Assembly (NCBI GenBank): GCA_951406725.2
Contig: OX597829.1
Location: forward strand, 19,902,001 to 19,966,000
Source of the DNA: Octopus vulgaris
Taxonomy: Eukaryota
Length of the DNA: 64,000 bases
Direction of reading: 5' to 3'
A program made the position numbers and the translations under genes. The notes beneath the pieces were generated by a model, which had not been told where the DNA came from, searched no databases, and saw only the letters and a program-made list of their open reading frames with translations. Below, piece after piece: positions 49,001-60,346 of the stretch. The number at the start of each line of letters is the position of its first letter. The first letter of the stretch is position 1.

Positions 49001-51549
49001 AGCAGCATGAGAAACTGGTATTAACTAAATGACAAGATACCCAAAAAGTATCAAAACAATATAAAAGACAATATGAGTTTTTGTCAATGGCGTTGGTTTT
49101 AACGTTTAACCATACTGACTTACAAAGAGAGACAGATAGCTAAGCATGTAAATATTTAGAAAGACTGAGGAAGAAGCATAAATACAAATAGTTAGATTGA
49201 TAGATAGATAGGTGGATAAATGAAGAAATGGCTGTGTAGATATATTGATAGACATACAGATATGGAATAAATTCAAATTAATTACAAACGGAGTGTTCTT
49301 GTGAGATAAGTTGTTTATATATCTGATGATGGCTCAATTATCTCTCTGTAGATTAAAAAAAAAATGACGATGATCGTGATATGTGTGTGTGTGTGTGATA
49401 TCACCATCATTTGATGATGTCCACCCCATGCCAGCATGGAACATGGATGCTAAATGAATGATTATCATGATGATGATGATGACTCTCCTGTCTTGGAATA
49501 TTGCATTAATGTAGTGTGACTGTAGAAATACTCCAAGATGCTACTATAACTTGTCATTTGGAGTATGTCATGAATATCTTACTTGGCATATAAAACTTTC
49601 ATCTGATATATTTGGTGTCCAAATATATTAGGTGAATCATTAGGCAATATCCAAGGGAGTATGTTTCCTGTGTATTGTTGCTGTATGATAGATATTGTCT
49701 AAGGGTGAACTGGTTATGTGATCTTAACAAAAAACTGTGACCCCTTACAATTTTTTTAAAGTTTCCAGTCATTTCTTCATAGCATCAAAGATTGACATAG
49801 TCTCAGTTTCTCTTGTTTTTCTTTTTATCTTTATGTCACTTCCTCTCCCTTTTCTCTTTCCTCCCACAATCTTATTCTTTCCTTCTTTCTCTTTTGCATT
49901 TTCATTTCTGCAATCATGAATGTCCTGGCCGCTATCAGCTTTTTAGCTAGTCACTTGGTTGGCATCAGAGCCAAGTGGTCTGTGATTTTTTTTTTTTTTC
50001 ATATCTTTGTTGTTATCTCTATCATTCTGGTTGACATCATAAGTAGATACATGAAGTCACTAGAATATAAAAATCCAACACCGAGCACCTTGCAATGGAT
50101 GGCTCCCTAAGCTTGCACAATCTCACCTTTGAGTATCTATCTATTTGCCAACATACCTATCCATCTACCCAACTTTCTACCTACCAACTTACCTATCCAC
50201 CTATTCAGCTATGCATCTATCTAGCCATCTATTTATATGTCTGTCTCTCTATCTCTCTAAATGTCTGCCTGTCTTTGTCACCTCATCTATCAATATGGTT
50301 GAACATTAAAACCTAAACCAGCAATAAAAAAAAACCCATTGTCTGTTATACTATTCTGATATTTTTTGATATCTTGTGCTTGAGAAGACTTGTCCAGCCA
50401 AGTGAAATCATAGTCATGGCTGATACCAGTGCCACCTGACTGATACCCATGCTGGTGGCACATAAAAAGCACCATTCGAGTACCGGTCGTCACGGAGGCA
50501 GTGACAAGTGATCAATGGATTTGGCAATATACTGTGCTTGTGAAGACCTATCAAGCCAAGTGAGATTGTAGTCATGGTTGATGCCGGTGGCATATAAAAA
50601 GCATTCACTACACTCTTGGAGTGGTTGGCATTAGGAACAGCATCCAGCCATAGAAACCATACCAAATCAGATTGGGAATTGGTGCAGCTCCCCGGCTTAC
50701 CAGCTTCTGGTCAAACCATCCAATCCATGTCAGCATGGAAAATGGACACTAAATGATGATGATGATGATCTTGTCATTTAGTTACCTCGGTGTCTCACAC
50801 TGCTATAAAGTACATTTACTGCTAAGAAGTCATTAGCTAGTCTAACTACATTGTATTATAAACACCAGTACACACACATTTTTTGCTTCATAAGCATGTG
50901 AAAGAGTACACGGTATTTGTTGTAAAATATATCTATTTCTTCAAAACTAGAATATTTACTAGGTGCATGTGTGTGTGTTCATGATATAAAGATGTAATAA
51001 ATTATATAGATATTCTAAAGTATATAAAATAAAAATCTTATGGGAAGTAAAAATGTTTCTAAAAGTAAATCCATAAGTATAACATTAAAATTGGGAGAAA
51101 AAAAATTTTTGTCTTTTTTACTTTATATACTGAAGTCAATTCTTATATAATAAGAATTTTAAATTAAATAACTTTATATAAATCATATATAAACGGGAAA
51201 AGCCTAATAAAAGAAAATAAGGAACAACATTTTTTTTAAATAATGATATAGTACGTTTCTAAATATCACTGCAAATATATATATGAAAGTGGAAACTGGT
51301 CAGATAAGAACAAAAAAACAAAAAAAAAAAAAAAGAAAATGTGAAGACCCTCACCTCAATCAATGTAGAACTCAAGAAGCACCGAAAAGAAGTAAGAAAT
51401 GAAGACAAAAAAAAAAACTCTCATTAAGCAAGAGTGAATGGAGAAGTGAATCAACATGAAAGCCAAGGAAAAAAAAATCCTCAGGACGGAAAACAGAAAT
51501 GGAGGATTTGGTTATAGCTGACTAGATTACTACTAAGACATCAAATATA

Positions 51550-51568
51550 AATATATACATATATATAT

Positions 51569-51599
<31 letters not shown>

Positions 51600-51661
51600 A
51601 AATAATATGTTACAATTATATACATACATATAAATATACATATATATATATATATACACAG

Positions 51662-51708
<47 letters not shown>

Positions 51709-51781
51709 TATATACATATAAATACATGTATATATATATATATACATACATATATATATATACATACATATATATATATAC

Positions 51782-51814
<33 letters not shown>

Positions 51815-52025
51815 CATACATACATATATATATACATACATATATATATACATATACATACATATATATATACATACATACATATATATACATACATACA
51901 CATACACACATGCATACATACACACATGCATCTGATAGTTGATGTTTTATTGATTTAAGTATGTTTCTCCATTTTCTAATTTTGTAGTATATATATATAT
52001 ATAAACACACACACACACACACACC
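51550..52025. repeat. Compound (TA)/(TACA)/(CA) microsatellite
   Basis: Direct inspection; similar tracts at 6620-6825, 13795-13890, 14060-14140, 19150-19250. Confidence 0.97.
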
Positions 52026-52149
52026 AAAATAAAGCAATAAATCAAGAGATGAAGATAAAATGCAATTTTGATAATTCTAACAATTAAAATTATCATTTCT
52101 GGCTATCCAATCCTTGCAAAGACAGAATATACACAATCATATATACATA

Positions 52150-52281
52150 TACGAGGGGGGTGCTGATAAGTTCCTGGCTTTAAGGGTCTCGTAAAAGGCC
52201 TGGTTAGAAGCCCATCCTTCCAAGTTCTTTTACAGGGCTTAGAAAAGCCAAAGCCAGGAACTTTTCAGCACCCCATCAGAT
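52150..52281. mobile_element. Tc1/mariner-type MITE
   Basis: TA-CGAGGGGGGTGCTGATAAGTTCCTGGCTTT ... AAAGCCAGGAACTTTTCAGCACCCC; ~130 nt. Confidence 0.75.
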
Positions 52282-52351
52282 ATAATTGACAACTAATGTC
52301 AGTATGCCAAAACTTTGGCATAAAAACTGAAAAATAGTAGCATGAATGATT

Positions 52352-52430
52352 TTAAATCCAGTGAATACCCCGGATACCCTGGATAAGATAATCTGGGACA
52401 CGACTGTCCAGATCAACAAGATCTAACCAC
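52352..52430 (-). CDS. Unidentified protein, terminal coding exon ((W)WLDLVDLDSRVPDYLIQGIRGIHWI*)
   Basis: Acceptor TCTCTGTCTTTCATTATATCTAG; phase 2 matches the upstream exon; open to TAA at 52354-52352; candidate AATAAA on - at 51951-51946. Confidence 0.8.
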
Positions 52431-54844
52431 CTAGATATAATGAAAGACAGAGATGAAATTTCCACGTAAAACATTCCTTGAAAAGTAAAAATAAAATTGT
52501 CAAAGGTAAGATGACCTGGAATTGGAAACAGTCAAAATGGTACCAATAATAGTAGATTCACTGTACAAAGGGACTGAACAGAAGAAATACATAAATGTAA
52601 TCAAGGGTTCAAAAATTTACACACAATCCTCCAAAAGTATTCCTTTGCAATACAGCACACATTCTATATAAAATACAACTAGAACACACATCCATCTCTC
52701 AGAATATACATCAACAGACTCACAGTTCAATTGTATGAAAGTTTTCATAAGAGCAACATCAAAAACCAACATTCTCTTGAACCTTGAATGACAAAACCAC
52801 ATGCACTTTAGAAATATAGGTGTATGCCTAATGGTGCAGGAAAAAAACACTTACATGTAGCATTGAAAATATAATAGTATATTGGTACAAACATGCAAAT
52901 TTACATCTCTATATATCTATATCTACATATGTATGTGTGAGTAAACATGAATTTTGTGTAATTGTGAATATGAGCATGATTGACTGTGTTTTGTTGTGAA
53001 CGAATGTGAGTTTGTATAAATGTGCATGACTGTAATTTATGTATCACTCTGTTAAGATATCTTCTCTGTCTGCACAAAATATAATGGCTTTACAGCTGAA
53101 TGTCTTTCCATATTTCATCTATTTTATGATAAAGTGAAAATAGCATTTATTTCCCAGACAGGCAAACACTAGTAGGTTATTTAAACACACAATGCCAGCA
53201 GTAAGGTTTATGCTTAAAAATATAAACAAGTCACACAGATAAAAATATATGTGTTTACATTAGAAGAATATTATTTTTCCTTTCATATTTTTTTCTTTAA
53301 ATAAATTATTTACAGTTAAATGAAATGGTTTGATAGCCTATCAAATGAAAAAAAAACTTCACAGAGTTGTATTAACAACCTCTTTTCTAAAAGTCTTCGC
53401 TAAAATGTTTTATATTACTTCAATCATCATTCCCTCAGATTATTCTAATTCTATCCCTAAATTTAACTTTGCATATAAATACATATATAGCAGATAATTA
53501 TATATTCCAATTTATGAAACTGGTTTTAATTAGATCAGAAAATTTCACTGCATAATTCTCTTACATACCATTACAATAAAATTACTATCAAATGAAACAA
53601 ATTTGTAACTTCAGATTTAAAAAATTAGCATTTTGTTTCTCTTTAACCATTTTTAATATTCCATGCATTAACATCAACAGTAACACATGTATTGCAGTGA
53701 ATTACTTCATTTATAAATAATTCTAGTTTCCATTTATACTCTTGCATATTATTTAAGAATTGATTCATTATTGTTTCGGGAGATACGGTGAAGGCTAGAC
53801 TTTGCAGAAGAGGCCAGAAAAGTTATTATATGAAAAGTTATTACCTGTACTCATTAGGAAAATATAAAACAATAATATTAGCCTTTAACGAATACTATTG
53901 ATTTCTTCTTTTTTTTTCCTCACCGCATTTCTTGTTAATGTTTTAATGCCCTTCGCCTTAAAAAATGTTAACACAAACTGGCTTATTTGTCTGATCAGAA
54001 CTGAAATATTCCTATCCATTAATGCAATAAGAGATCACAACGAAATCACAGAAGGAGAAACTGAATGGTATTGATACAGATAAATAGATATATTGAGTTT
54101 CTGTAATATTTAAACTAACTAAATGATTAAATTTAACCCATTTCAATATGGTTAGACAAAAAAAAAAGTTTGAAAATATCTTTTTTGCTTTGTATTTTTT
54201 CTGACTAGTGTCAAATTAGAAAAAAAAATGAAAGAAGAAAAGGACAAACAGACAGATTGAGGCATCACTGTTGCTTGGTAAACATCATTTTTTTTTCTTG
54301 TTATCACAAAGTTGCTGAATTTCATAAAATTTTGTACGTGTCACTCTGCTTACTGTATAATATTATGCAATCACCACTGAAAGAAAGTAAAGACAAAATA
54401 GAAGAACATGTTTTAAAATAATCGTTCCTGATACAGGTAAAAAAAATTGACATTTATTTTATGTGTCATCAGAAAAATTTTTTTTGATAATTAATATAGT
54501 TACAAATTCACCAGTGCTACCTGACTGGTACTCAAAAAGCACTATTTGAGTGTGGTTGATGCCAATACTGTCTGACTCGCTCCCGTGCTGGTGGTATGTA
54601 AAAAGCACCCATTACACTCTTGAAGTGGTTAGTGTTAGGAAGGGCATCCAGCTGTAGAAACCTTATTAGATCAGACTGGAGCCTGGTGTAGCCTCCCAGC
54701 TTGCCAGTCCTCAATCAGACTGTCCAACCCATGCCAGCATGGAAAGTGGCCAATAAACAATGATGATGATACAGCAAACAACATATTTTATGTTGTTGAT
54801 ATCAAACATTCAAAGGAATGTGAATTAACTCTTTTTTTCTGAAA

Positions 54845-55209
54845 TGTGCATCTCTGATCATGTGCAGAAGTAGTGGGGGAGCATCATAGCCATGCGTTGA
54901 GAGGAAATCTTTGGGGTTTGGATGATTCGCCCTTGGAAACATAGGTATTTCATTCATCATCCTTAAACAAACCTTATTCAGGGACCTTTGGAGTGGGATG
55001 GGTTTCTCGACCTGAAGAAAATTCTAACTGGGCCCCACCTGCAAGGTCATGCGCTGTTTATCTTGATATGAGATCACCATGTCGCGCACATTTGGTTGTG
55101 ATGCATGTGCCTGGTGTACCCTTATCAGACGGGTAGTCATGATGGGTATACTGGGCTTCGTATATTTTACCCCAGTGTAACTTTGATGGCATGCACTGCT
55201 CTCTCACTC

Positions 55210-55260
<51 letters not shown>
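54845..55260 (+). mobile_element. Non-LTR retrotransposon 3' end with (TAA)n tail
   Basis: GC-richer block ending CTCTCTCACTC followed by (AAT)17; no intact ORF; clade not assignable. Confidence 0.55.
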
Positions 55261-56368
55261 TTCTACTGTAGGCACAATGCCTGTAATTTTGGGGAGGTGT
55301 AAGTTAATTATATCGACCCCAGTACTCAACTGGTACTTAATTTATCAACCTTGAAAGGATGAAAGGCAAAATCAAAGTCAGTGGAATTTGAACTCAGAAT
55401 GTAGCAGCAATTGAAATACTGCTAAGCATTTTGCCAGCCATGCTAATGATCCTGTCATTAGCATGGCTGGCAAAACAACAATAATAATAATGTCAGAGGA
55501 CTGCCTCATGCTCAAATATATGCTTTGACAGAGTTTCTATGGCTAGATAAAAGTTATAAACAATAGCATGTAAATATTGGATTGAAAATCCCTTTTAGTC
55601 AGAACAAGCAAAAGGCTGTCCATGGGACGTAAACCCACATCTCCTATAGATATGACAGGTGTTCTACTAAAGTAGTCCTTCATGAATTTCTCCACCCATT
55701 TTGGAAACTTTCTTATTTCTTTATTGCCCACAAGGTGCTAAACATAGAGGGGACAAACAAGGACTGACAAAGGGATTAAGTCGATTACATTGACCCCCAG
55801 TTCATAATTGGTACTTAATTTATCGACCCCAACAGGATGAAAGGCAAAGTCGACCTTGGCGGAATCTGAACTCAGAATGTAGAGACAGACGAAATGCCAC
55901 TAAGCATTTCATCCGGCATGCTAACATTTCTGCCACCTAAACTTTCTTACTACCAAGAATTACACATTAATGTCAGAAGAATTTTAAAAATCACAGTTGT
56001 GGTCATTGCTGGTATCATGTAAATGGCACCTGTGCTGGTGACACATAAAAAGTACCCACTACACTCTTGGAGTGATTGGCATTAGGAATGGCATTCAGCT
56101 GTGGAAACTATGCCAAATCAGATTGGAACCTGGTGCAGTCAAACCATCTAACCCATGCCAGCAAGGAAAGTGGACATTAAATGATGATGATGATATATGC
56201 TGCAACCAGTACATATTTAGGATGAAAGACCTATGCCTAGTTATCATATGAAAGATTAACTCTGCACAGCCTTTCCATACAATAAAAAGATTGAAAACAA
56301 TGCTTTTATGCTAAAAATATTGCATTAGTATGCATTGCTATGCTTAAATTTTGTTCATGCCCTTTGGT

Positions 56369-56678
56369 GGAGGCATATGGCCTAGTGGTTAGAGCAGTGG
56401 ACTCGCAGTCGAGGGATCATGGGTTCGAATCTCAGACTAGGTGATGTGTGTGTTTATGAGCGAAACACCTAAGCTCCATGCGGCTCCGGCAGAAGGTAAT
56501 TGTGATCTTCTGCTGACTCTTTCGCCACAACTTTCTCTCACTCTTTCCTCCTGCATCTTGCAGCTCACCTGCGATGGACCGGCGTCCCATCCAGGTGGGG
56601 AACCTATATGCCAAGGAAACTGGGAAACTGGCCCTTATGAGCCAGGCATGGCTCAAGAAGGAACAAACAACAACAACA
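56369..56678 (+). mobile_element. tRNA-derived SINE, family C (Meta/V-like central domain)
   Basis: A-box TGGCCTAGTGG, B-box GGTTCGAATC, central CTGCGATGGACCGGCGTCCCATCCAGG, (AAC)n tail. Confidence 0.8.
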
Positions 56679-57279
56679 TGCCCTTTGGACAAGTTTTTTT
56701 CTTCCTTAATTTATAAAAGGGCAGTCCTACTGGTTAGGATGTTGCAGTCACAGTTGCTATATCGTTCAGTTCCTAGACTAGCTGATGTATTGTATTCTGT
56801 ATGTCACGTCACCCCAGTCTGCTCATCTGTAAATGGGTAACCTTGTGACAGATTGATGTACAAGGGTAAGATGGTTACTCAGGGAAATCACCTGAACCAA
56901 GGCCACATGAGCCATGTTCTGTACTCAGTAATCAAAGGGATGAATAGTACAATCCCTACTTGTTGGGATTGGTTGTTCAACCAAGTTGACCAGTTTCCAT
57001 GTGAAATAACATTATTTGGTATTTATTTAGTGAAGGTTTATTATTATTGCTATTGTGTTGTTTTATACATTACCTCTCAGCTGAAAGCTTATGGTTTAAC
57101 AATTTATAGCTGAGCGTAAGCATCCCGGGCAAAAATAGCACCCACTGGCTCACTGTGTTCGCTATAAACAAGCACCCCAAAGAACTACAGTTACATATAT
57201 TGCTGGTACCTCAGGCTAGCAGCCATGATTGTCTCATACCAAGTACTACTAATGTGTTCTTACATTCACTTTTTAAGAC

Positions 57280-57595
57280 TGTGGGGTATAAATCAAAAGA
57301 GAATTAGGTGCTATTTCTAGATCTGACAGCAAATAAGAGTTAATGACATCATAAGAACCATCAAAGAGAACAAATATAGATGGGATGGTCACATCGTGTG
57401 ACTGAAAGACAACAGTTGGACAGTTAGGGAGAGTGACAGACTGGAAACTAAGACAATGGACAAGCTCAAGAGGCCAACCAAATACAAAATAGCAAGATGA
57501 CCTCACTCACTCCCTGGGGCTTACATGGCTAATACTGACCAGAGACAGCTAGTGGTGAAAGGAGTTCAGGGAGGGGTTCCTCTTTCAGGAGTGAT
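57280..57595 (+). mobile_element. Decayed LINE ORF2 C-terminal fragment
   Basis: Remnants of KxRWxGHIxRLKDNxW and RGxP motifs (AGATGGGATGGTCACATCGTG..GACAACAGTTGG). Confidence 0.6.
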
Positions 57596-58341
57596 GGAAC
57601 CCTAGAAATCTCAAAATTACTAGCAGGTTATAAAAACACATAATGATTCTCACATTTGGCAGTATTATGGTCAGTGAAAAGAATCTGATCTGTGAGTAGA
57701 AAATTGATATCTATTGGTCTTATTGCTTAGCTACAAGTTAGCCACTCCTAGAAAACAGAAATCCCCCTAATTTCTAGGTGTAGGTTGCAAGAATCAAAGA
57801 ACTCTCTCTCTCTCTCTTTGTCAACTCAAAATGTTACTCTTTTACTTGTTTCAGGGTTTTGTTAAACAGATCAACCCCAGTACTTATTTTTAAAGTCTAG
57901 TACTATATTTCTGTTGGTTTCTTTTTGCCAAACTGCTAAGTGGCAGGAGACATAAATAAAGCAATACCAGTGGTCAAGGGAATGATGGGGGACAAACAAA
58001 GTACAAAGACACACACATAAATTACAGGCTTCTTTCAGTTTCTGTCGACCAAATCCACTAACAAGGCTTTTGTCAGCCCAAGGCCATAGAAGAAGACACT
58101 TGTCCAAGGTGCTATGCAGTGGGACTGAACCCAGAACCACGTGGTTGGGAAGCAAACCTCTTATGCAGTCACACCTTCACCTATATCAAAACAGCCACAC
58201 CTGTACTTATATCCACACAACAATGTCTGTTCCTGAATTCTTGTATTTTTGACTTACCATTATATTAATAAGAAATGTATTTGGATTACTTTAACTAAGT
58301 AGAAAAAATATTTAAACAAAAACAAGAAAATGTAATATTAC

Positions 58342-58410
58342 CAATTATCATTTTTCAGTTTTTTAATACTTTCATTTACTTCTCTTGTTAGCTGCTTGTC
58401 TTTTGACTTG
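58342..58410 (-). CDS. Unidentified protein, internal exon ((C)KSKDKQLTREVNESIKKLKNDN)
   Basis: Acceptor TTTTGCATTTTGCAG; 69 nt, phase 2-2; only this frame is open; donor TG|GTAATA. Confidence 0.75.
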
Positions 58411-58456
58411 CTGCAAAATGCAAAATTAAATTATTTTTAATAAAATGAAATAATTT

Positions 58457-58692
58457 TATTCTGTTGTGTCTGGGGAGAATCATTTTCTTTTTGTGCCTTA
58501 TAATGTAACACACTCACCAGTAAAATTTCCACTTACTTCTTATTTTTATTTTCCTAAAATTTTCGTTGCGTCTTGCAACCTTTTCAATAGTCTTGACTCT
58601 TTATACATTTTATATATAATGTATATAAAGTATACATTATATACATTATAAAGCACAAAAAGAAAATGACTCTCCCCAGACACAACAGAATA
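58457..58692. mobile_element. Short inverted-arm element (probably Penelope-like)
   Basis: ~50-bp arms TATTCTGTTGTGTCTGGGGAGA.TCATTTTCTTTTTGTGC.TTATAATGTA; spacer holds a non-canonical hammerhead-shaped motif on -. Confidence 0.6.
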
Positions 58693-59871
58693 TGCTTCAA
58701 CACACAAACTCATATAAAGAATCTTGCAAACCAAATCCAAAAACGAGAAATAATTTTAATTATCATTATATCAATAACAGAATTGGTTAGTCCACATTAC
58801 GCTTTTAGGAGCATAAGACCGGTTTCCTGGTTTCTCTGGTGCATATGGTCCCCACTGGAGAGGACACTGGTCCATTCTAGGAGTACTCTTTTATACCAGC
58901 TGAGTGAACTGAAGCAACATGAAATGAAGTGTTTTACTCAAGAACATAACAAATCACTTGGTCCAGGAATTGAAACCACAATCTTATGATCATGAGTCCA
59001 ACACCCTAACCGCTAAGCCATATGCTTCTACAAATAATAGAATTAATAAAGTAAAAATAATTCAAATTAAGTAAATAATTTCTTAACCAGTAAATATATA
59101 AATAAATAATACTTTCTAACATAGGCGCAGGTCTGAAATTCTGGGACAGGGTGACAGTTGATTAGATTGTCACCAGTACTTGACTGGCACCTTATTTAAT
59201 CAACCCCCGAAGAATGAAAAACAAAGTTGATTTTGGCAGGATTTGAACTCAGAATCTAAACAGACAGAAAAAAATATCACAAGGCATTTTCCCCAAAGCT
59301 CTAACAATTCTGCCAATACACCATGCATGAATAAATGAATGAATAAATAAAATAACAACCCTTCTAAGTGGCAGAAGGCTTTACCATAGGTAGGTGTTGG
59401 TTATTATGTAGCACCAATACTAAAATAACTGCACTACCTGTCTGCTGTTGCTGCCATTAAAATACAGCAATGTCCTACATAGACTTCTCAGATGAATTTA
59501 TATTTTACCTTGCACTTGTTTCAGCTGTTAGGCTGTAACCACTCTGGGGCATCACCTCGAAGAATTTTTAGTCAAATTAATCAACCCCAGTACTTATTCT
59601 ATCAGTCTCTTTTGCCAAACCACTAACTTATGGGGATGTAAATACACCAACACCAGTTGTCAAGCAGTAGTGGAGGGCAAACACAGACACGAAGACACAC
59701 ACTCATATATATATATATATTCAGCAAAAACAATTAAGATTCAAGTGAATTCCAATGAATTCAAATGAATATGGTACTTAACTTAGATGCACCAGAATTC
59801 TTTATGGTATTAACCATAAAAAATGTGGGGTGATTATAACCAAGAAAAAGCAACAAGAATGGATTAGTAGT

Positions 59872-59959
59872 TTAGTACAATTGTTTCATACCAAGAACAA
59901 TTTTATTTAAAGCTGCAAGTATTGCAGCAAATACAAATGTCCAGTATTCATCAGCTAAA
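59872..59959 (-). ncRNA. Type I hammerhead ribozyme (mirror copy, sense with the host gene)
   Basis: Exact reverse complement of 60258-60346. Confidence 0.75.
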
Positions 59960-60257
59960 TCACATATATGTTTTCCAGACATCCTAGAGAGTGTGTCTAT
60001 CCTCATGAAGTATTAGGAGTGAGTTCTATGAAATTTAAAGTCAAATTATAAGCAGACTCAAATTGCTTTCTGATGATGCCCAGTTTTATAAAAAGATTGT
60101 TACCTCTGGGAAGTTAACAATCTTTTTATAAAACTGGGCATCATCAGAAAGCAATTTGAGTCTGCTTATAATTTGACTTTAAATTTCATAGAACTCACTC
60201 CTAATACTTCATGAGGATAGACACACTCTCTAGGATGTCTGGAAAACATATATGTGA

Positions 60258-60346
60258 TTTAGCTGATGAATACTGGACATTTGTATTTGCTGCAATACTT
60301 GCAGCTTTAAATAAAATTGTTCTTGGTATGAAACAATTGTACTAAA
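60258..60346 (+). ncRNA. Type I hammerhead ribozyme with canonical core and extended stem II
   Basis: Stem I TTTAG(60258-62)/CTAAA(60342-46); CTGATGA 60263-69; stem II ATACTGG../..TTGGTAT capped by GCTGCAA-TAC-TTGCAGC; GAAA 60330-33; palindromic stem III ACAATTGT; GUA cleavage triplet 60339-41. Confidence 0.78.

Noticed and set aside
53922-54060. Minus-strand exon candidate ending GCG|GTGAGG
   Set aside because: Its open frame is incompatible with the phase-2 junction between the flanking exons.
56369-56445. tRNA gene
   Set aside because: A and B boxes are present, but there is no proper acceptor stem and it continues into a SINE body and tail.
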